This document shows positions 31,043 through 39,905 of a DNA stretch of 39,905 nucleotides, one piece after another; the first letter of the stretch is position 1; every line of letters begins with the position of its first letter. The DNA is from Cyanophora paradoxa CCMP329 (taxonomy: Eukaryota; Plantae; Glaucophyta). The position numbers and the translations under genes are program-made. A model generated the notes under the pieces. The model was not told the origin of the DNA, ran no database searches, and was given only the letters and a program-made list of their open reading frames with translations. The stretch covers positions 1 to 39,905 of the forward strand of contig QPMI01000548.1 in the NCBI GenBank assembly GCA_004431415.1, in the 5' to 3' direction.

Positions 31043-31723
31043 ATGACTTCCAACTGGTACCAGACCCTCAGCGGCTCACTTGACGTTGGCAACAACACCA
31101 AGGATTTCGCACGCATACCCTCCGGCAGTTACGTCGACGTCTTTCTGCAGAATCCCGTCGTGATTCAGGTCGTTCAGAACGCCTACGCCACGCCCAAGAT
31201 TTATTCCTACCAGCTCTTCTTCGACCCTCTGAGCCTCAGCGCAGAGGTTATCGAGCTGCTGCACGAATCAGGACTCGTGAAAAAGGTGGCACCTGCCACG
31301 GCCACTGCCAACGTCTTGCGCTGTCTCGAGGTCAAGTTCAGGGAGACGGGGTACGGCCCCACCGTGAACCGGTACCCCAGTTCTTCGAATCTTCCGGGTA
31401 CGGGAACTTACCAGATGAGGGGTACGCTCAAGGGCGACGTGCTCTTCACGAAATTCAATCCAAGTCCCGCGACCCTGGGGGCCCTCTACACGGGCGGCAA
31501 CCCACGCGGCTCGACTCTACCCCGCTTCCCCTTCACCTTTTTCAGGTTCCAGGTCTTCCCCCTCTCCTACGCCGCCGACCAGCCCCACTTCAGCACGGGC
31601 GCCAGCCTCTGCGCGGAGCTGCGTGAGTGCTCGATTTCCTACGCGTACGGCACCGACGCTGACTCTGTGCCTGGGGCCCGCGTCATGAACATCGGTGGCG
31701 ACATCACCCTCTTTCACGGATAA
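31043..31723 (+). CDS. Hypothetical beta-rich protein, paralogue A
   Basis: Intact 226 aa; colinear similarity with the next gene. Confidence 0.65.
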   Translation: MTSNWYQTLSGSLDVGNNTKDFARIPSGSYVDVFLQNPVVIQVVQNAYATPKIYSYQLFFDPLSLSAEVIELLHESGLVKKVAPATATANVLRCLEVKFRETGYGPTVNRYPSSSNLPGTGTYQMRGTLKGDVLFTKFNPSPATLGALYTGGNPRGSTLPRFPFTFFRFQVFPLSYAADQPHFSTGASLCAELRECSISYAYGTDADSVPGARVMNIGGDITLFHG

Positions 31724-31746
31724 TCTTTCTCATTTGAGGTCGCAAA

Positions 31747-32558
31747 ATGCCGACCACCTCGGCCACCATCGTGAAGACCGTGTCTGCCGGCTCGATCGTC
31801 CCCGATTTCTACGGCAACGCTGGAACGTGGCCAACGCAGGGACGGACAAGGTGGAGTGGGACGGAAACTACGCCACCCCGCTCACCGTGAGGGTCCAGAA
31901 TCCCGTCATGTTGCGCGTCACCTCCAACGATTTCGAGAATCCCGCCTCCTGCTCCGTGTACGTGTACTTTGACATCGACTCGGGCGTGAGCGCGGATGAG
32001 GCGGAGGCGCTCTGGCTCTCGGGCCTCCTGAAAAAGATAGAGCCCTCTGTGCCTGATCGGCCCGCCATTCGCGTGCTCGAACTCAAGTTCACCGCTAACA
32101 CCGCCCTCACTCGCAAATTCGGGAATGGTGCGAATCCGAACATCAAAACGCATTTAGATGGCGCCCTCATCGATGCCACACACAAGACCACGCAGGCCGT
32201 TCCCTTTGAGATGTACAACCTCTGGAAGATGACCGCAAAGGAGATGATGACGAATGCCACCACGGGCGGCGCCTCGGGTACCGATTATTCATACGGCGCC
32301 TCGAATCCCCGTACCCAGGTCTGGCCCCGGCTCCTCTTCACGAAATTCACTTTCAAATTGTACAACAACATCGCCGGAATGCCTACCTCTGGAATGGTCG
32401 TGGGCTCTACCCTCATGGCCGAACTAATTGAGGCAGAGGCGGACTACACGACTGCGACTACCAACTCGACAGCGCCAGGCGCCGGAGCCGAAGTTTACGT
32501 GGCCTGGGAAACGGTTGGTCGCGAGTACGACACCAAGATTCACACCACTAGCGTCTAG
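31747..32558 (+). CDS. Hypothetical beta-rich protein, paralogue B (5' frameshift)
   Basis: MPTTSATIVKTVSAG joins ORF 31695..32558; QNPV, SGLLKKI, NPR..PR..FT.F.F motifs shared with paralogue A. Confidence 0.65.
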
Positions 32559-32913
32559 ACTGGCTAAGCTGCATTAGCGCCTGTGCCGCCTCCATCATCT
32601 CCCGAATCTCCTCGCTCTTCTCCTGTAAATTGGCGTACCCCCTCCTCTTCTTGCGAATATCCGACATTGATGCCCAGCGCAGGTTCTCCCTCCTGTAGTC
32701 CAGCGGGTTGCCGTTGATGTGTTCCACGTAGCGTCCACGTGGCGACTTCCCGAGGATCAGTTGGGAGAGGTAGTGCTTGCGCCCTCCAAACGTCTTGCTC
32801 ACCCTGTCCCTGTCCACTCTCCAGGGAAACTCCAAGGCACTCGGGGGTACGTCCGAGTTGACCAGGACGTTGTAGGCGACGTCTTGCGAGTCGGTGCACC
32901 GGAGCAGGGCCAT
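32548..32913 (-). CDS. HNH endonuclease-like protein (phage HNH_3 type)
   Basis: HYLSQLILG...YVEHINGNPLDYRRENLRW. Confidence 0.7.
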   Translation of the reverse strand: MALLRCTDSQDVAYNVLVNSDVPPSALEFPWRVDRDRVSKTFGGRKHYLSQLILGKSPRGRYVEHINGNPLDYRRENLRWASMSDIRKKRRGYANLQEKSEEIREMMEAAQALMQLSQSRR

Positions 32914-32934
32914 TTTGCCCTAGGTTCAGAAAAA

Positions 32935-33455
32935 CCTGGGACTTGGGACTTGGGACTTGGGACTTGGGACTTGGGAAGAGTTGAAACCCAGGTCCCGGCC
33001 CAGACTTTCTCCAGGATCAGAAATTTGTCAGACAAGTCAGGTGAGTTTTTCTACCGACTTTTTACTCCTACCACCCTCGTACTCTTTTTTACTCGTAGTC
33101 TTTTTTACTCGTATCCCATCTCGTACCCTCCTTCTCTCGACATCTCGCACGAATACTCCTACCCCTCTTCACATCCTTTTTCGGTTGCATACTCTCGTGA
33201 GCTTTCATGTCCAGTATCATGCTACAAGTCGTACACCAGTTCAGACTCTACCTCGCTTGAAATCTCACCTGGAATGTCACCAGAAACGTCGTATCCAAAT
33301 TTCCGTACCCCTTTCTAAGTCTGCCCGGTGGTTAGGGACTTGGCACGGCAAACTCTCAGATCCAGAGAAAGTCTGGGCCCAGACCCTGAGTCTAACTCTT
33401 CCCAAGTCCCAAGTCCCAAGTCCCAAGTCCCAAGTCCCAAGTCCCAAGTCCCAGG
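32935..33455. repeat. Imperfect ~105-120 bp inverted repeat whose outer parts are (ACTTGGG)5 and (CCCAAGT)7 arrays
   Basis: CCTGGG(ACTTGGG)5AAGAGTT..GGCCCAGACTTTCTC at 32935-33038 versus its reverse complement at ~33337-33455. Confidence 0.9.
33109..33300 (+). repeat. Sixteen consecutive 12-bp units, each starting with TC and otherwise divergent
   Basis: TC at 33109 + 12n for n = 0..15. Confidence 0.8.
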
Positions 33456-33526
33456 ATCGCGCCAAGTCATAACTGAATAGTCGGCCAATTTTTACAAGTA
33501 TGTACAATGGAATGACGCAATACTAT

Positions 33527-34582
33527 TTACAGCATCTCAAAGTCAGAATCATCGTCATCGGAAACCAAGTCAATCGGGGCCTCGGGCGCGGACTTAAGGG
33601 GAATGCGGGGAAGGGCCTGCGCTGCCTGCACTAAGTCCTGCCGCTCCTGCTCGCGCTGCGCCGCCAAGGCCGCTGCCGCCTCTGCCTCGCGCCGCTGCTG
33701 AGCCTCGACGCGCGCCCTAAGTTCCGCTGCCTCCTTCTTCTTGCGCTCGGCAATCTTGGCCAGCGTCATCTCGCGACGAAGAAGGCGCTCGTGACGCAAC
33801 TTGCGCCGGAGTTCGGCCATTTCGCGCTTGGCGATGATGCGCTTCTCAATGGTCTTGACGTGCTGAGTCAGGCGCTTGCTGAAGTGTGACGTGACGCGAG
33901 AACGGGCAATGCCAGCGCCGATCTTCAAGTCTTTTTCGTGTTCCTTGGCGGGATTCTTGACTCGCTCGGAGTTGTCGGTGAATGACGTGGTCTCCATGAA
34001 CTTCTTCTTGACGATTGACTTGGTCTTGATAATGCGGCGCTTGCGAGTCGGGTTTTCGTTGTCGCCTTCAGAGTCGGAAGAGGACTCAGAGTCGTATGGA
34101 ATCGGCACGTCAAAGTCGATAAAGTCGTTGATGTCAGACTCGGCGTCAGAGGCCTCGGACTCGGCGTCATCGACTGGCTCGGGAGCGGGCTCGGCGACGG
34201 GCTGAGGGGCAGATGACGACGATGACGGAGGGGGGAAATTCGTGAAGACTTGAGGGGGATAGGCCCAGGCGAGCGTCTCGGCGGCAGACTCGGCGAAAAG
34301 CTTGGGGTCGCCCCAGCCAGTGGGAGTCTTGACCCAGCCGGGGACGGGGGGCACGTCGACGGGCTCGGGCTTGGGCTCGGGCTTGGGTTGCTTGGACTTG
34401 GGCAGAAGGGTGGATACAAAGTTGAGGTTGATGGTATGGAAGCCTTCTCCGCTGTGAGCTTGGTAGAGGTACCCCAGCTTGCGGGCACGCTTCTCCATTT
34501 CACGGGTAGGCCAATCGCGGGACTTAGCCCACATCTCACGGGCCTTGGCAAGGTCCTCGACAAGCTCAGAGGGAATCGACAT
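33527..34582 (-). CDS. Hypothetical charged/coiled-coil protein; possible 5' UTR intron at 34583-34641
   Basis: Intact 351-aa frame from ATG 34582; preceded by GTCCGC...CTGAT...TTTGCGCAG|ATG and by a GAATTTTCA motif. Confidence 0.6.
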   Translation of the reverse strand: MSIPSELVEDLAKAREMWAKSRDWPTREMEKRARKLGYLYQAHSGEGFHTINLNFVSTLLPKSKQPKPEPKPEPVDVPPVPGWVKTPTGWGDPKLFAESAAETLAWAYPPQVFTNFPPPSSSSSAPQPVAEPAPEPVDDAESEASDAESDINDFIDFDVPIPYDSESSSDSEGDNENPTRKRRIIKTKSIVKKKFMETTSFTDNSERVKNPAKEHEKDLKIGAGIARSRVTSHFSKRLTQHVKTIEKRIIAKREMAELRRKLRHERLLRREMTLAKIAERKKKEAAELRARVEAQQRREAEAAAALAAQREQERQDLVQAAQALPRIPLKSAPEAPIDLVSDDDDSDFEML

Positions 34583-35091
34583 CTGCGCAAAGGGAAGAGA
34601 GATCAGCAAAGGCAAAACGTGAGGTGACTGAGAGAGCGGACTTGTGAAAATTCGGAGAGGCGGGGATTCCTTGGGCTGAGAGAAGGCGGCGAACCCGTTT
34701 CAAGAGTGAGCCAAAATGGCGGCGGACCGCGGTTTTGTGGGCGATTTTTTTCGCGGTCTAGTTCGCAACGGAAAACGTTGCCAACTGGCCTGAAAAAAGC
34801 CAAATTTAGCGTTGGGCCGAAGGCAGAAAAAGGGAGCCGGCCTGACGGAAATCGCCCGAGTGCGTCCGCCGAAGGTCGAGTCTCGGGCCGGGGGTACACC
34901 CTCAGGGGCCCCCCCTGGCCCCTCACCCTGGTAGTACCCTCTCAAAGGGATTTTCGAAGCCGTACAATTCTTGGTAAGTCTCGTAATCCGGGCTGTACCC
35001 CTCACAATCTGCGGGAGCCCCATTGAAAGCCTCCGTCTATCCTCTCTCAATTCCCTGCGGAAAAGACTGCGGTCGCTTCGAGCTTCGCGCG

Positions 35092-35391
35092 TCACGCCAG
35101 CTGGGCGTGGTCTATGATTGTTAGGGTTGTCGTAGCCTGGCCCACCAGCCTCACGAAATTTTCGCGTATGGCCTCGGGGAGACTCTGGAAACGGTTCGTT
35201 GCGTGGAACTCAATCCATTCATTGAATCGACGCGGATATTGACGGATGACTTCAAGCACGCCCTGTAAGTTGGGCTCTGGTGTTACGTCGGGGATGTCAT
35301 GTCCTGTGAGGTGCCAGCGCCAGAACTCGCGCAGCCTCTCGAATGCCATATGCAACTCAAAGGGGAAATCGTAATAGAGATTGCCTGACAT
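35092..35391 (-). CDS. Hypothetical protein
   Basis: Intact 99 aa; AAATTTTCG motif upstream. Confidence 0.5.
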   Translation of the reverse strand: MSGNLYYDFPFELHMAFERLREFWRWHLTGHDIPDVTPEPNLQGVLEVIRQYPRRFNEWIEFHATNRFQSLPEAIRENFVRLVGQATTTLTIIDHAQLA

Positions 35392-35442
35392 TTTTCTCCC
35401 CGTCCGAAAATTTCCCCGCTTTTGAGTCTAGACTCTGATTCC

Positions 35443-35504
35443 AACTCTTCCCAAGTCCCAAGTCCCAAGTCCCAAGTCCCAAGTCCCAAGTCCCAAGTCC
35501 CAGG
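35443..35504. repeat. Third heptamer array, AACTCTT(CCCAAGT)7CCCAGG
   Basis: Identical to 33394-33455. Confidence 0.9.
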
Positions 35505-36158
35505 TCCCATTTTTCTCCCATTTTGACTCGAGATTTTGCCCAAGTCCAAATCCGGACCCGGGATTCGAACCCTCGTTTTCGATCGATTTCACGCGTGAAA
35601 AACGCACTTTTCGGCCTTTTCGCATTTATTTTCTCTACCCCGGCCCAAAATGGACCCCCTCCCCGAAATCGCGATCGAAAATGGTCGCGATCGTCTCGTT
35701 TTCGCGATCGTCGTGATCGGAATCGTCATCGCGATCGTCGCGATCATGGTGATCACCAGCCTCGTCTACGGTACCCCCCAGCTGTGACCCGGAGGTTATA
35801 AGAACCTCCGCAATCCAAGCGTCACTTCCGAGTCTCGAGCTCTCGGGGTTGACTTTTCGCGTTTGGCCCATTGTTGGCCCTCCTATATAGCTACTTACTT
35901 TAGCTAGCTTAACTCCCGTAAGTTCTAATTTTACGCATTCTACCTGGCTAATCACCTACTTCAAAAAGAGGGAGCGAGTACGCTCGCGCGGCATCGATAT
36001 CAAACACGCCGCCACGTTGAAAGAAGACTTCCGATTGAATCAATCAAAATCAAAGAACACGGCACTCAGAGGCGGGCGAAGGATCGCCTTGCCGTTCAAA
36101 ATTGAAAGCGAAGGGAGAGAAGGGGGAGGAAGAGAGGGAGGCGGGAAAAGCTGTACCC

Positions 36159-36926
36159 CTAGACGGGCACCGCCGCCTGTCCGTACCCCCCTACCCGTGC
36201 TCCTCCCCCTCGACGATGGCGCCGAGGGCGGGGAAGGAGTTGCAGCGCTGCTTCGTTCGCAGGCGGGCGAGCTGGGGTACCACCACGGGAGCCGAGACGG
36301 CGCCCCGCAGCTGCCCCGGCGCCGGCGGGGGCGACGGGCCCTTTGCAGCCAGGGGCGGGGAGGGGCCCTTGTTGGGCGGGGATGGCCGGCTGGGGAAGAG
36401 GGGGCACGAGGCGGGTCCGTGGGGCACGCCCGCCGGCGCCGGGGAGCGCGGGCTCGAGGAGGGGCTCGGGGAGAAGGCGGGCGGGCTCCAGAGGGGCGGG
36501 CTCACGCGGAGGCGGGCCACAGCCTCCGCCTCCAGCGCGGCGCAGGGCTCGCCGAAGCGGAGCGGCGGGAGCGCCGCGTCGAAGCGCGCGGCGGAGCCCT
36601 CCGCCACGCGCGGCAGCGCGATCCTCGCCACGCGCTCCCCCGGCTCGCCCTCCCTGCGGAGCGGAAGAAGGACGAAAGAAGCGTGAGCGGGCGAGCGAGC
36701 GGCGTGCGGCGGCGAAGGCGGCGGCGGCGGCTGAGGCGCGGCGGGCGCGCCACAGGGGGTCGGAGTAGAGCTTGGAGCGCGCGAGGAGGCGGAAGGAGAA
36801 CTCCAGGCGGTCCGAGCCCTCCTTGACCGGGATCGCCACCCGCCGGGAGAAGAGCGCCCGCTCCTGCGCACGCGCGCGCGCGGGCGCGGGGCCGCGCGTC
36901 AGCCTACGTTCCGCAGAAGCGACCAC
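36159..36926 (-). CDS. Host-like intron-containing gene of unknown function; exon limits approximate
   Basis: Very GC-rich coding segments separated by short intron-like tracts ending in GCAG (e.g. ~36864-36907, ~36654-36750). Confidence 0.3.
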   Translation of the reverse strand: MVASAERRLTRGPAPARARAQERALFSRRVAIPVKEGSDRLEFSFRLLARSKLYSDPLWRARRASAAAAAFAAARRSLARSRFFRPSSAPQGGRAGGARGEDRAAARGGGLRRALRRGAPAAPLRRALRRAGGGGCGPPPREPAPLEPARLLPEPLLEPALPGAGGRAPRTRLVPPLPQPAIPAQQGPLPAPGCKGPVAPAGAGAAAGRRLGSRGGTPARPPANEAALQLLPRPRRHRRGGGARVGGYGQAAVPV

Positions 36927-37904
36927 GCCGCCTCTCTGTCTTTCGAGCCCCCGGGAATCGACTCGCTCCGGCCAGCGGACTCCCGAGTGCGCATGCGCGG
37001 GCGCATGTCTAGTGCGTCTAGTCTGCGGGCTGGCGAACCTGCCGCGCGGGCCGGATGACCGGCACTTCGGCGTCGCCGGCGGGCTCTAGTGGCACCGGAT
37101 CCTCCTCTTCAATCGTCCGCTTCATCTTCTGCGGGGCGATTTTGTCCCATCTGGCGGCAGGCTCAGTCGAGAGAGAGAGAGAGAGAGTGCGCTGCGGAAT
37201 CTGCGACGGACCCGCCCAGCGCCGGCAGGCTTCCGGTGAGAGCCACATCCTTCGCCAAAGTAAGCAAACGCATCGAAAAGGCCCACGTATGCAAACCGGC
37301 CCACCGTTTCGAGGCCGGCCTCGATGCTCGCCGTAAACAGCACGACCGCATACACCGCCGGACGCTCGGACCCGCTTGTTCTCGGGTCAAGCTGGATTGA
37401 AAGCATCTCCTTGATCCGGTCCGCTGGACTAGGAAGCAGCCGCCTCAGGCCTTCGGCTTCGACAATAGCAGCATTTACGGAACAGCCTCGCCGGCGGAAA
37501 GCGAAACGCGCTCGGCGCCGCTGCGAGCTTAAGTTGCTGACACAGAGCACTCGAGTACGCTGGGTTTCGCTGAAGCTTAAGCCGGCAGACTACGAGTGGG
37601 CACGCCCACCGTAGATCTTTAAAAACAAAAATTAAGCCGGCAAGATCTCGGACATGTGACGGCCGATGGGGAACCGCTGGCCTCAGGGTACAGCGTGTTT
37701 CTGATCCGGTCGATTGGCAAACGCGAACCAGCGCGGCCCCGGCCCAGCGGCGGTTGCATAAACTTAGATCAGCGCTAGCTAGCCCGACAGGCTGAAGCCT
37801 GAAGGCTGTAGCTAACTACTAGCAGAGGCAGAGGGCAAGCGGCCGAATTCGATATCGATCCAGAGCTTCGAATTCGATTCGACCGGGGGCGGGGCCGGCC
37901 CGGC

Positions 37905-39905
37905 CTAGAGGCGGAGCATGCGGTTGAGGACGAGCTGCTCCTTGCGGAGGGCCGCCTCGCGGGCCTCGAGCGCCTGCGCCTCCTCCGCCAGCCGCTGCTC
38001 GCGCCCCCGCAGCTCCCGCTCCAGAGCCGCGTACTCGACGCGAGCCTCTTTCAGAGTCGCCTCCAGCCCGGCCACCTTCAGGAGGAGGAGAGGAAGGGGC
38101 GTTCAGCGTTTAGCGTGGCGAGGAAGGAGGGGAGGGAGGGAGGGAGGGAGGAGGGGCCGGCGACCTTGCGGGAGAGCAGCGTCTCCGTGTCCCGCACCGC
38201 CGCGAGCTCCTCCGTGCGGCGGCCCAGCTCCCGCTGCAGCGCCTCCGCCTGCGCCGCCAGCGCCCGCGCGTCCCCGCTCTCCTCGCTCTCCTTCGCCTCG
38301 TGCGCCGCCAGCTGCGCGGCGAGCTAAGACTGAAGAAGTGGAAGGAAGGGAGAAGACGAGGAAGGGGCGGGCCTGGGAGCGGAGGGCGCGGTTCTCGGCC
38401 AGGAGCTCGGCGAGGCGCGCCTCCTTGGCGACGACGGCGGCCGCCAGCTCCGCCACCTTGCCCTCCCGCTCCCGCACCGCCTCCCGCAGCGCCTCCGCCG
38501 CCTCCGCCCGCGACTCCCGCCCCGCCGCCAGCGCCCCCGCCCGCTCCTCCTGCCGGCCGCGGGGCGTCGGGCGGGGTGCACGTGGGAGGGGTACAGGCAA
38601 GCGGGGCGCACGAGGGCGAGGGCGCGGGCGTTGGAGCGGGCGAGCTCCTCCTGGAGGCGGGCGGCCGCCTCGTCGGCCTCGAAGAGGCGCGCCTCGGCGG
38701 CGGCGAGGTCGCCCCGCGCCGCCTCCAGCTCGCCCTCCCGCGCCGTCGCCTGCGCCAGCGCCTCGGCGAGCTTCAGCGTCTTCGCCCGCTGCGCAGAAGC
38801 GTCAGATCAGATCTGATCTGATCGGATCTGAGGCGGGGCCGGCCGCACGAGCTGGGCGTGGAGGTCGGCGACCTCGGCGGCCCGCGCGGCCAGCTCGCCC
38901 GAGGAGGAGGAGGCCCCCGCCCGCTGCGCCTCCGCCTCGGCGCGCGCCTGCTCCGCCTCCTCCGCCCGCATCCGCGCCTCGGCCTCGGCCCGCTGCGCCC
39001 GCCCCGCGCCTCCTCCGCCGCCTGCCCGGCCCGCGCCGCCTCCTCCTTGGCGGCCGCCAGCTCGCGGCGGGCCGCCTCGAGCTTCTCGGCGGCGTCCCGG
39101 GCGCGCTCGTCCGAGCGCGTCGCTTCGTCCCGGGCCCGCCCCACCTCGGCCTTCAGCACCTGCGCGTACCGGCGTTCGTTACTTAGGCTCGGGGAGGGAG
39201 GGAGGCGGCCCCCCCTCGCTCGGACCGACCTCGACCTGGAGCTGGGCGCTCCGCGCCGCCGTGTCGAGCTCGTGGGCGCGCTGGCGCCCCTCCTCGCCCT
39301 CCCGGTGCGCCTCCTCGAGAGCCCCCGCGAGCCGCTCGGCGTTGGCCGTCGCCGCCTCCAGCGCCGAGCGGAGCGCCGCCTCCCGCGAGGCGGCGGCCGC
39401 CTCGCCGCGCCGGGCGGCCGCCTCGGCCTCGACGGCGCGCCGCTCGCGCTCCGCGAGCTCCCGCCGCAGCGCCCCGTGCTCGGCGTGCGCCGCGTCGGCC
39501 CTCGCCCGCTGCGCCTCCGCCTCTCCCCGCGCCGCCTCCGCCTCCTCCTGCGCCGCCTTCACCTCCCCCCTGGGCCCGGAGCTCAGACTCGGACTCAGGT
39601 GAGCTCAGCTGAGCCGAGCTGGGGCGCACGCGAGGCGGGCGCATTGTGCGTCGAGGCTGACGAGGTGCGCGGCGCGCTCCTCCCCCGAATCCCCCTGCAG
39701 CCTCCGCAGCTCCCCCTGCAAAAGGTCAGGGGGGGGGGAGGCAGGGAAGGGGGGTACGCACGCGGAGGGCGGAGACCTCGTCGGCCTCCTTCTGGAAGGC
39801 GGCGCAGCGGGCGGCGAGCTCGCCCCTCTCCCGCTCGCTCTCCTCCAGCAGCGCCTCGGCCGCCATCGCCCGCTCCAGCGCTGCCCGGAGCTCCCGCGCC
39901 TCGGC
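37905..39905 (-). CDS. Host multi-exon coiled-coil (Ala/Glu/Arg-rich) protein, 3' part
   Basis: Heptad-like exons (e.g. LKAEVGRARDEATRSDERARDAAEKLEAARREL) interrupted by several short C/T-rich introns; ends ...EQLVLNRMLRL*. Confidence 0.65.

Larger units (their letters stand above)
1..35950. mobile_element. Endogenous mriyavirus-like (small Nucleocytoviricota-related) provirus; left end outside window, right boundary approximate
   Basis: Dense gene array with NCLDV-type MCP, A32 ATPase, VLTF3, RuvC, SSB, two HUH endonucleases and fibres, sharing one promoter motif; abuts multi-intron host-like genes after ~36.1 kb. Confidence 0.85.

Noticed and set aside
32719-33507. ORFs with LGLGTWD / PKSQVPS repeats (also 35283..35625)
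   Set aside because: Translations of the 7-bp DNA repeat, with no convincing ATG or promoter motif
34700-35095. 131-aa minus-strand ORF
   Set aside because: Non-ATG start, no recognisable motif, runs into promoter-like sequence
1-35950. Polinton/Maverick, virophage or tailed prophage
   Set aside because: No pPolB, RVE integrase, adenain protease, terminase or portal seen; MCP is NCLDV-type and VLTF3 is present
37167-37186. (GA)n tract
   Set aside because: Ordinary host microsatellite

Overview
Positions ~1-35,950 look like a near-complete small Nucleocytoviricota-related dsDNA virus integrated in a GC-rich eukaryotic (protist/algal-type) genome. The left end runs off the window; intron-containing host-like genes occupy ~36,150-39,905. 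Recognisable viral genes: D5-like SF3 helicase (C-terminal part, with two apparent spliceosomal introns), SSB, NCLDV-type double jelly-roll major capsid protein, A22/RuvC resolvase, A32 packaging ATPase, VLTF3, two tandem HUH (Rep-like) endonucleases, a probable penton, phage-like fibre genes (tail-fibre repeats, peptidase S74, FN3 + Gly-rich) and an HNH nuclease. No DNA polymerase, RNA polymerase or integrase is visible. This gene set best fits the mriyaviruses (Yaravirus/gamadvirus-like). Two structured non-coding regions stand out: (i) ~4.2-5.7 kb, with long inverted/direct repeats, iterons and CRESS-nonamer-like repeats; (ii) ~32.9-35.8 kb, with inverted (ACTTGGG)n arrays enclosing a 16-unit 12-bp-periodic array. 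A shared ATTTTCT-like promoter motif and phased TCAnnTGA E-box clusters are also visible. Many genes carry 1-nt frameshifts, probably long-read errors, so several gene boundaries were joined across frames by eye. All family assignments are from motif recognition, not database searches.
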